This document shows, piece after piece, positions 38,820-49,189 of a DNA stretch of 64,000 bases. The translations under genes and the position numbers were made by a program. Source of the stretch: Eledone cirrhosa (taxonomy: Eukaryota); contig OZ024745.1 in NCBI GenBank assembly GCA_964016885.1, positions 94,054,001 through 94,118,000 of the forward strand, written 5' to 3'. The notes beneath the pieces were generated by a model that worked only from the letters and a program-made list of their open reading frames with translations, was not told the origin of the DNA and did no database searches. Positions within the stretch are counted from its first letter, which is position 1, and every line of letters starts with the position of its first letter.

Positions 38820-38969
38820 CATCTATATATAAGCAGAAGGGATATTCAATTTGTTGGTAATTCAACAGTTATAAATGTTTATAACTGATTCAGAGCACTC
38901 GACAGATTTTCTGGAGTATAATATTCAATGATATTAAATAAATAGAAACTATATTTATGAAACCATATT

Positions 38970-39030
38970 TATTCTATTATATATATTTCAAGGGTACCAA
39001 CATTTTGGTACGCTATCATCAGATAAAATA
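38970..39030 (-). ncRNA. Type I hammerhead ribozyme (family B)
   Basis: tattttat-CTGATGA-tagcgtaccaa/ttggtaccctt-GAAA-tatata-TA-atagaata. Confidence 0.72.
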
Positions 39031-39406
39031 CGAAGTTTATTTTATAAATTTTGCCATAACCAAGGAAAATATACCTTAACAGTTCAAGGAAAACTTGAAC
39101 CGTTAAGGTATATTTTCCTTGGTTATGTCAAGCTAATAAACTAGAAACTAGTTCATCGTTCCTTTGTCAGTGTTGAACAAAAAGGCAACGATGGTTGCTG
39201 AACACTGTACGGCTACTAATTCAGGCTGTTTGTTTACAAACAAACCGAGATTTATAATAAATGTTCGGTAAACCCACACGTACATATATATGTGTGTGTA
39301 TGTATGTATATACATACTAGTGTATGTCTGTATACATATATATGTATGTATGCATGCTTATATATATATATATATATATATCTCTCTCTCCCTCTCTATA
39401 TATATA

Positions 39407-39485
<79 letters not shown>

Positions 39486-39506
39486 TTCTTTCTCTCTATA
39501 TATATA

Positions 39507-39566
<60 letters not shown>

Positions 39567-39590
39567 AATTTCTTTCTCTCTATATATATA

Positions 39591-39650
<60 letters not shown>

Positions 39651-39753
39651 AATCTCTCTATATATATATCTACATACATACATTTACGTATGTATATAGC
39701 TATGCATTTATACATGTGTATATATACATGCATTTATATTTAAGTGTGTAAGG

Positions 39754-39793
<40 letters not shown>

Positions 39794-40084
39794 ATAATAT
39801 ATATATATATATATATGCGCAGTGTGACAAGAAGCTTCCTTCCCAACCACATATTTATGGGTTCACTCCCACTGCCCGGGCCGACAAAAGTCCTGTTAGT
39901 GGATTTGATAGACCGAAACTAAAAGCCCGTCGTATGACTGTGTGTTTCTTTGCGTTTGTGTTTGCCCTCCCACCAATGCTTGTTGGTTTGTTGACGTCCC
40001 CATAACTTACCAAGGTGATTCTTCAGCATGGGCGTAGTCCAGAGACAGAAAAAAAGTAAAGTATATATGTGTGTGTGTGTAGAA

Positions 40085-40488
40085 GAGGGGTCTCAAACTC
40101 AAGGACACAAAAGGGCCATTACGTCCTGGAGGAGAGGCACAGTGGGCCAAATGTGGTGGTGGGTGATGATTTTCACCAGTTATAATCATTTCTACTATAA
40201 GAACAAGGCATGAAATTTGGGGTTTAGGGTTCAGTCGATTACATCGATCCTAGTACACAACTGGTACTTAATTCATTGACCCAAAAGGATGAAAGGCAAA
40301 GTTGAGATCGGCGGGATTTGAACTCAGAACGTAAAAACGGAAGAAGTACAGTTAAGCATTTCGCCAGATGTGGTAACGATTCCACCAGCTCACCGCCTTA
40401 TTTTCACCAGTTATAATGCAATATGAAATATTGGTTCTACCACGGGCCACAGCAAAGTAGTTCGCGGGCCGCATGTGTGAGCCCCCTG
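40085..40488. mobile_element. hAT-type MITE containing a SINE
   Basis: Ends gaggggtctcaaac / gtgtgagccccctg with subterminal gggcc motifs. The SINE at 40187-40399 (-) is flanked by an 18-bp TSD attttcaccagttataat. Confidence 0.65.
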
Positions 40489-40729
40489 TTGGAGATAGAT
40501 AGATACATAGATATATTTCTTTATTTACCATAAAGGCATAAAAAGAAGGGACAAATACAAAGGGGGAGTTTACATACAATCGAGTAAAAAGGGTATAAAA
40601 TGAAAATAATCGAAAATAACCTCAAAAGGGAGGGGACGTGATGGGGGTTGCACCGCCTCCCGAAAAAGTGTGCAATCCTTTGCCCGGGGAGCACATGGAG
40701 AAGGTGCTCCCCTCTCCTTTACTTCTTTA

Positions 40730-43700
40730 CCTACAGGATGGTATACAGAGAAGGCCCATTTACACAGCCATTCTCGCCACTATCACCCACCTTTCATAAA
40801 ACTGCCTGTGGCCAAGCACCTCTCTCTCCATTCTTATCCTTCTTCCGAAGTGATATCGGAAGAAGTAGACCAGACTATGGCCAGAGAGGAAGTTGCCTGA
40901 CCTCAGACCTTTCAATCGTGTCCACCAAACAACCTCTTTCAGCATGGCTATTACGCACAGAAAGACCGCCTTTGCTTCCTTTGTGAAGAGGGGAGGCGGT
41001 TTGATTGTCATCACGGACTCGGCGGTCAATTGGATCGGCGCCACCCGCGACAGCAGTCGTTCGGCGTAGCCCCACAGATCAGCCACGCCCGGACATTGCA
41101 CCAATGCGTGCGCAACGGTTTCTTCGTGACGCACGCATCTAGGGAAAATCTTTTTTGAGGGATCCCTGCCTGGGCGCCCGTGTCTGTAGAGCCTCTCTCG
41201 AACGGGTAGAGCCCCCCGGTAGCACTGCCAGGCTAGTGACTTCTGGAAGTTGTCCATTGGTCCCGGGCTGAAAGTCCTACCGAACAGGCTGGCCAGTTCG
41301 TCCTCTTCCATGTTCAGCGACTCTCCAAGGGTGTCATCGCCCCTGCTAGCCACCAGCCCTCTATAGAATGATGAGGTGGATTCTCCACCGACGGCTTGGC
41401 TCGCTTGCCAGAGAGCCCTGAGCGCCTGAGCACACTCAGTGTGCCAGTCTCCCAGTTTTCCGGATCTTTGCTTGACCCAGGACTGCAGCTCGGTGAGCGA
41501 GACGAGTCTCGGAAAGGCTCGTTTCACGAACGGAGCCCACACCGGTTGACCAGTGAGGAATACCTGTAGGTACCGTAGTCTTAATGCGTGCTTACGCATC
41601 ATCAACCACGGCATCCCCAGCCCTCCTTTCGAAGGTTGTTGGCAGCAGATGGATCTTCTCACCATAGGAGGGCGCTTCTTCCAAAGAAATTGGAAGAGCA
41701 TGCGTTACATGGTGGTGAGTGTTTCCTTAGGGCAAGGCACGACAGTCAGGCGGTAGTAAGTGACGGACGCTATGTAAATGTTCGCCACCTCCGCCCGGCC
41801 TTTTAGGGACAGCTTACACTTGGCCCATTTCTGGGTTAGTGCAAACACCTTGTTCGTAACCTCGTTCCAGTTCTTTTCCACCTGGAGGTCCGGTCCAAAC
41901 CAGACCCCAAACAACTTTACCGGGCCCTCCGTCCAGTGTCCGACAACACCGTCGGGAGGCATCGGTCTGCCTCTCCACGTTCCGAGTTGCAGCCCGATGG
42001 ATTTTTCCCGGTTCAGTTTCGCTCCTGACAACCTTTCGTAATCCTCCAGTAAGATACCGATCGCCTCGATCTCCGAGTCGGTCGATACCATTACTGTTAC
42101 GTCATCAGCGTAGGCCGACACCGCTTTGCTCAATCCTGGTTCCAGGGGGATACCCTGCAACAACTCCAACTTCCTCAGTAAAGGCTCGAGAGTCAATACG
42201 TACAGAAGGGAGGAGAGAGGGCACCCCTGTCGAATGGATCGTGTGATTTCGAACGGCTTCGAAAGGTAGCCGTTCACCTTGATCCTAGAACAGATGTGGT
42301 TGCTATGTAAGGCAGTGATCCAGCCTCTGAAAACAGGATCGAACCCAGCCGCCGCTAGCACCGCATCCAGGTAACCATGGTCGACCCTATCGAAGGCCTT
42401 AGACTGATCAAGTTGATCAGGGCCCCACCGAAGCCGGGTTTGTTGCCAACCCTCTCTATGATGTATCGCATGAGGTGGAGGTTATCGTGAATGGACCTGG
42501 ATGGGATAGCACATGTCTGCGCATCTCCCACCAGGCCACCCACGACAAGCGCCAACCTCTTTGCTAACACCTTGGCCAAAATCTTTAACTCTGTGTTTAG
42601 CAGGGTTATGGGCCGAAAATTATTTATACTATCTCCCTTGTTCTCGTCCTTCCTCACCAGCGTGACTACGCCCTTGGCTACAGAACAAGGAATTCTCCCG
42701 TTCTGCTGCCAATTGCAGTAGACCGCTTCGAGGAGTTCGGAGAAGAAGACCGGCATTGCTAAATAAAGTTCGTAAGGTATACCATCGAGACCTGGAGATT
42801 TGCGTCTGCTGCATTGGCTCAGCGCATCTCCGATCTCATCAGCCGAGATTGGTCCCTCGCAGGACTCTGCCTCTTCGCTCGAGAGACACGGCAGGCCGTC
42901 GAGGTATGGACCGAAATCCACGCCCCCGCCCGGACCCTCCCCTCCCCCGAACAATCGGGCAAAGTGCCTTTGAAAGGCCTCGCACATCTGCCTAGGCTCC
43001 CGGATCACCCGCCCATCTTCGTCTTGCAACGACCGGATGGTGGATCGATTTCCACTCTTAGCTTCTGTCACGCGGTGCCAGCCAACGGCTTTGGCCCCCT
43101 CATTACCTAGAGCACGTATTTTACTTCGAATGACGCAACCTTCGTGCTTTGCATCGAAAAACTGGTTCAAGGCCGTCCTCGATGCCAGCACTCTGGCCAC
43201 ATCTTCGCTCTTGATTGCCTCTTCTAATTTACCTGTTAATTCTTTCTCGTTTCTATTCCTATCGGCAGCTAACATCTTGCTATAACTTATTGATTCTGTT
43301 CTAATCTCTCTTTTGAGAGATGCCCACCATCGGTTGTTGACGATTGCAACGGTCAACCTCTCCTTAACTAATCTGCTAATCCGGTTTCTGTAAGTCTCTT
43401 TTGCCGGTAAAGACAAATTAAGTTTCCAGTAACCGGGACCCTGTTTATGTGTTTTCTCGAGATTGACTACGCAGGTCACTAATTTGTGATCCGTGTAGCC
43501 AACCGTGCGCATTTCTGGACAGCTTAATATGTCCCTATCCTTACTTCTAACTAAGAATCTATCTAAGTACGATCTAGATTGACCACTGTGGTTTCTCCAA
43601 GTCCAGGTAGGCACAGTTGGAAAATCTAGTCGATATCTATCGACCAAGTTAAAACGGTCGAGTAACCCCTTGAGGCTGTTACACCTCCCTCTATTAGGAC

Positions 43701-44166
43701 ATGCTCCTGCATAGTCCCAATGTGCATCTAGGATGTCATTCCAATCCCCCGCTAGAAGCAGGGAACGCGACGTTCCCAGAAAAGTCTCCAAACGCTGGAA
43801 GAAGTCGGGCCGTTCAGCTCCGAAAGGGGAGTAGACGGCGACCAGTCTCAAGGCCGCACCTTCACTACTGCCAACGTCTAGCACCAACAAACGACCCTCC
43901 GGGTCCGAGTGCACAACCTGTACGGCAAGACCCAGGTGTTTTTGCAGCAGTACAACAACCCCACCCCCACCTCCAGGTTGACAGAGAGATGCATGCACCT
44001 CAAAGTCATCGAAGGTAGGGGCCAGCTGCCGCACGACGCTGATTCGAGTCTCACAGATAACCATTACATTTATAACACATGACCTGAGGTCATTTAGAAG
44101 CTTTGCTTGCTTCCAAGTTGAGCCCAGGCCACGTGCATTCAAACATCCTACTCTTAACACATCCAT
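40730..44166 (-). pseudogene. Tx1 ORF2 (APE, RT, zf-RVT) with three lesions
   Basis: Starts MDVLRVGCLNARGL. Frameshift at ~42410 (LINL/DQSKAF), in-frame TAA at 41705-41707 where the other copy has Glu, and a frameshift near 40760. YADD is intact. Confidence 0.92.
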
Positions 44167-45656
44167 GTGGGCGGCAGAGCCAAAGGAGAGTGTAGAGACC
44201 TACCTTTCCGCTTCCTGGGGTTCGGGTCGCACGACTTCCATGGGGTCGGGGGTGTTGGGTGAAGGGGTGTCTTGTGGTGGTGTGGGGTCGTCAGTGTGTG
44301 GTGGGGTTGGGGTGTTTGGAGTGTGTTGGGGAGGGGAAGGGGAGGGGGAAAGCTTTTTAGTAGGACGCGGTTTATGGGTTTGGCAGAGGGTGGTCCTACG
44401 TCCTCCTTAAAATCCTTTTTTAGTTTTTGGTAGAGGTTCATTGGGATCTTTATTAATTTTAAATGTGGGTAGTTTTCTGAAGAAACAAAGTTTACACCTT
44501 CGGTTTGTACCGAAGGATTATTGTATATGAGTTCATTTAATTTATTATTGTTTCTGTTGATGTAAGTATAGTGTAATGTCTTTTTTTCGGATGGTGTGAG
44601 TGTTTCGAAGAGGGGAGGGGCAGGTTTTGTTTTGTTTGTTGCTGGAGGGGTGTTTTCTGTTTTGTTGGATTGTGTTGAGATTTGGGTGGGGGTTGTTTGG
44701 CCTTGTGTGTTTTGCACATGTTTTCTTTTTTTCCTTTTAATCTGTCTGAAGGACTCCGTTTCTTCCTCTGAATTCGTTGGGTTATCTTCAGTGTTGGAGG
44801 GAAGAGGTATGTTTGCGGGTAATGTTTCCGTGTTGGTTTTCTTTGTGGGGGAGATGGATGTCACTATGTTAGACTGTGTTGTGTGTTGTGTCTGCGGTGG
44901 TTGTGTTGTTTTATTGAGTGAGGGGTTGGGTGGGCCTGTATTTTGTTTTGGGGTAATGTGTTGTGACTGTTTGTGTTGTGGTGGTGGTGTAGTTTTACTG
45001 AGGGACGGGTTGGGTGGGACTGAGTTTTGTTGTTTGTTTATCTGTTGTGGTGGTGGAGCTGGTGTTGGTAGCAGGGTTTTCTTTTTGTTGAGTTTGGGAC
45101 AAGCGGCCTTCAGGTGCCCTCTGCCTGCACAGATATGACAGGACGTCCTTCTCCCCTCCACGCTAATGTTTATATACCTGTGGCCCTCTAATAGGATTCT
45201 GTCGGGTATTTGGGCGATGCGTTCAGGCTTCATTTGCACTACCAGCTCTATACCTGTTCCACTGAACGCATTGCCTGTGGTTTTCCCAATGGAAATCACG
45301 TTGTCATTCACTGGATCGATGAAGCCAGCTATGAGCCAGCAGTAGTCCACATCTGGCATCATTGCATCCAGCCATATGCGTTGAGTTCTTTTACCCATAT
45401 AAGATGGATAAAAGGTAACATTTTTCGAACGAATCGGTGACAATGCACATTTTTTTGCCGCCGATTCGTTCTTCATAATAATTGCTAGGCTTCCATACAG
45501 TCTGTCTTTTCTTATGAAAGTGGTTTCATTAAGTACTTCTGTGAGTACTGTTTTGATATCTGCCTGAGTTGGCTGTTCAGGTTTTTTTGAAGTGTTGTTG
45601 ATGGTGCGGAACACGACCGTTCGACTTTCAATGTCTTTGGTGAGTTCTTGAGGCAT
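44154..45656 (-). CDS. Tx1 ORF1 (gag-like, CCHC zinc knuckle, Pro/Thr/Gln-rich tail)
   Basis: 500 aa with CHICAGRGHLKAAC knuckle; overlaps the ORF2 start by 13 nt. The upstream ORF 45689-45916 is probably its N-terminus, split off by a frameshift. Confidence 0.8.
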   Translation of the reverse strand: MPQELTKDIESRTVVFRTINNTSKKPEQPTQADIKTVLTEVLNETTFIRKDRLYGSLAIIMKNESAAKKCALSPIRSKNVTFYPSYMGKRTQRIWLDAMMPDVDYCWLIAGFIDPVNDNVISIGKTTGNAFSGTGIELVVQMKPERIAQIPDRILLEGHRYINISVEGRRTSCHICAGRGHLKAACPKLNKKKTLLPTPAPPPQQINKQQNSVPPNPSLSKTTPPPQHKQSQHITPKQNTGPPNPSLNKTTQPPQTQHTTQSNIVTSISPTKKTNTETLPANIPLPSNTEDNPTNSEEETESFRQIKRKKRKHVQNTQGQTTPTQISTQSNKTENTPPATNKTKPAPPLFETLTPSEKKTLHYTYINRNNNKLNELIYNNPSVQTEGVNFVSSENYPHLKLIKIPMNLYQKLKKDFKEDVGPPSAKPINRVLLKSFPPPLPLPNTLQTPQPHHTLTTPHHHKTPLHPTPPTPWKSCDPNPRKRKGRSLHSPLALPPTWMC

Positions 45657-46341
45657 TTTTACCGATAAAATACCATTCTCTCCTTCACTTATGTATTGTT
45701 TGGCGTCTGTGCGACATCTGAAATATTTTCAGGTATATATGTCAAAGATTTCTTTGTTGTTTGTGCAAATGAAATCTTGTTGACTCTGTCGTCTGCTTTG
45801 CTTTCTGTTATGGTGTTATTTTCAAATGTTATTTTTGTGTTTGTTGTGTCTTTGTTTGTGGTATTAGTATTGTCATGCAATTTTTCAAATTTTTTTTTTT
45901 CGTTGTTGGAATCCATGTCAAGATTTGTGTTTTCGTCATTTTTCTCCGCAGATTCGTCTGTTTTTATTTTATTTTTTCCTTCCTTCTCTATGACGTTAGT
46001 TGGGAAGGAAGGGGGGGGGGGACTAAAGCGTGCGAGCTTACAACTCTTACCCCTGTCCCCCCACCACTATTTTCGTTCGCTTCGTTTAACATTTCTGACA
46101 GACGATTGAAATTTTTTTGCCACAAAATTTTTTAAAACAGGTTTTTCACCTCTAGGAGGGGTAAAGATGAGCTGACCCACCGCCTGACAGTTCAGACGGG
46201 GGGTCAAGCTACACAATAGTATCAAAATTAAATTTGAACTCACAAAATTTCCGCAATAAATTTGAACAAAACTTCTGCGCGAAGTGAATTACATCCACAC
46301 TGTAGAACAGACGACAGCTAGATTCGATAGATAGATATATA

Positions 46342-46529
46342 TGTTTCTACTTTAGGCACAAGGCCAGCAAATTACCCAGTGCATTACTGGTACTTTATTT
46401 TATCGACCCCGTAAGGATGAAAGGCAAAGTCAACCTCGGCGGGATTTGAACTCAGATCATAAAGGGACGTAACTATGCTGGAAAGCATGGCGTCCGACCC
46501 TCTACCGATACTGCCAATCCACCACCCTT
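46342..46529 (-). mobile_element. tRNA-derived SINE at the Tx1 5' junction
   Basis: 19-bp TSD ttcgatagatagatatata at 46323-46341 and 46530-46548. Confidence 0.85.
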
Positions 46530-46577
46530 TTCGATAGATAGATATATAGATAGATAGATAGATAAATAGACGTGTAC

Positions 46578-46796
<219 letters not shown>

Positions 46797-47101
46797 TTCT
46801 TACTCTCTCTGTCCCTCCCTCTTTCTCTCTTCATTTATATATATATACAATAGTACAGCATATTCGAAGTTCAATCAGCAGCCAAGCCAACGAATGCCTT
46901 CAGTAATGGAGCCAAGCACTCGACAAGGAATAAACCTCAGAGTAATAACATACAGTTTAAAAGGGCTTGCAAATTGAAAATAGCGACCGCTAATTTAGCC
47001 ACGTGATCTGTATCAACGAAAGAACTGACTAGTGAGAAAAGGAAATACACACACACACATACACAGATATAAAAATATACATACATACATATATGCACAT
47101 A

Positions 47102-47148
<47 letters not shown>

Positions 47149-47261
47149 GATTGTTATTTGGCGTTGTTGAAAAGAGCAGTGGCCTTTGACCAGGCAATAA
47201 AAACTGGAGACAAAATTCTTTCTGTACCAAAACCAAGGCACACACACACAAGTTTGTGTGT

Positions 47262-47296
<35 letters not shown>

Positions 47297-47967
47297 TGCG
47301 CGTTTATGTGTGTGTATCTATCTCTATATATAAGGGATACATATATTGCTTTCTCACTGTCACCAAGCTTCTCAATTCATTCGTTGCTACTAAGTATTTT
47401 ATTTTGCTACGAGGTATTTTATTTTGCAAGGTACTATTTTTCCCCTGAGTTTGTGATTTCAGAGAAAGGTAAGAAATTCTTCATATTTTGCATCTTTTGT
47501 ATTTTGACTTTACAGTTTGAATTGTAGAATTGTCTATCCACTCAAAATATTACAACAGGTAACAGTGAAATATAGAATTAAAAAAAAAAGAAGCTTTTTC
47601 GACTGAGATCAAATCTTTGAGAACATTCACGTCTATTTTTCAAAACTATATAATTTGAAATAGCTTGCTTTTGTTTTGGACTGAAACTTTTTTGTATTTA
47701 ATCCGTACGAGTATTTTTTAAAGATTCTAACATAACTTGATTTGGCCCAGTAATTTACTGATATCAAAATCAATAGTATATTGAAAAATGGAAAAATAGG
47801 GTAGGCGGGGGTTTTTTTTTTTTCGTGATTTTGAGGGGCAAAAGGGGTTGAGAACCTATGAACTAAATGAAGGTGGTGTCCTAACATGGCTTCAGTCTAA
47901 TAACTGAAACCAGTAAAAGAATATATATGTATATATCATCATTGAATATGAATTGAATATGGTCAGG

Positions 47968-48218
47968 TTAATTTCTATGAAACTGAATATGTAGTGTTAA
48001 TTTGTATGAAAGAGAATATGTAGTGTTAATTTCTATGAAAGAGAATATGTAGTGTTAATTTGTATGAAACTGAATATGTAGTGTTAATTTGTATGAAAGA
48101 GAATATGTAGTGTTAATTTGTATGAAAGAGAATATGTAGTGTTAATTTGTATGAAACTGAATATGTAGTGTTAATTTGTATGAAAGAGAATATGTAGTGT
48201 TAATTTGTATGAAAGAGA
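47968..48218. repeat. 29-bp minisatellite, ~8 copies
   Basis: Unit gaatatgtagtgttaatttgtatgaaa(ga/ct). Confidence 0.9.
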
Positions 48219-49189
48219 AATGAGCTAAGAAAGTCTCTAAGCTTGAAAGTCATCAGATAATGTGTACAAAAAGGTTGTTTTTGCTGTTATTTAGGTCTAT
48301 GTCAACCCTAACTAAGCAGACATGTGTTCAACTGTATTCCTTCCATGCCCATCTCATCATTTTAGGAGTGTGTAAGATGGCATTATCCAAAATGTTATTT
48401 AGCTTTCCTAAGACAGTAGGGTGTAATTTGAGTGAGATTTAGCTGCTATTTTCAGCAAGTTGAGCATGTAGAGTTTTCTCAACTATGTAGAGGTTAGTGT
48501 TCACTTTGAGAACCTCTGCCTTAGAAGGTGGTGAGGGAGATACTCTGTGGGGCTAACACTTGTGGGTAGCAAACTCTGCTCTAATAGTAGTGAGTAGGAA
48601 TGTGGTCTGAGGGCTAAGAACGCTGGATCCATCACTTGGTTGGTAGTGTATTACTCAGTTAAATAGCTAATATGTGACTAATAATTGTTTCTACTTTAGG
48701 CACAAGGCCAGCAACAACCCAGTGCCTCACTGGTACTTGATTTTATCGACCCCATAAGGATGAAAGGCAAAGTCAACCTCGGCGGGATTTGAACTCAGAT
48801 CGTAAAGGGACGTAACTATGCTAGAAAGCATGGCGTCCGACCCTCTACCGATACTACCAATCCAAATACACTAGCATTTTAAAGAAGTCTTTCACATTGG
48901 TAAGAAAGGTTTTGGAAAGTTCAAACAGTAAGTTTTATGACCATTTACTTTGAGATAATGTAAGATGTTTCAGCTATCTTTATCATTTCATTTTTTTAAT
49001 AAATGGTTTCCCATTCTTGATTATAGCTTTTTGCTGTATATGTGTGTTTTTAACCTACACACATGTATGTGTGTGTGTGGGGGAATCTATCTATACAGCA
49101 CATGTATGTGTGTGTGTAAACCTACATATATACAGTATATGTGTGTGTGATCCTACATATATATATACAGCACATATATTAGTGTATGT

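Larger units (their letters stand above)
40517..46325 (-). mobile_element. Full-length Tx1/L1-clade LINE (5' UTR, ORF1, ORF2, 3' UTR) in a (GATA)n tract
   Basis: Same family as 431-3885; the 3' end reads aataaagaaa then tatatctatgtatc. Near-identical GATA-repeat TSD, e.g. gatacatagatatat 40502-40516 vs gatagatagatatat 46326-46340. Confidence 0.92.
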
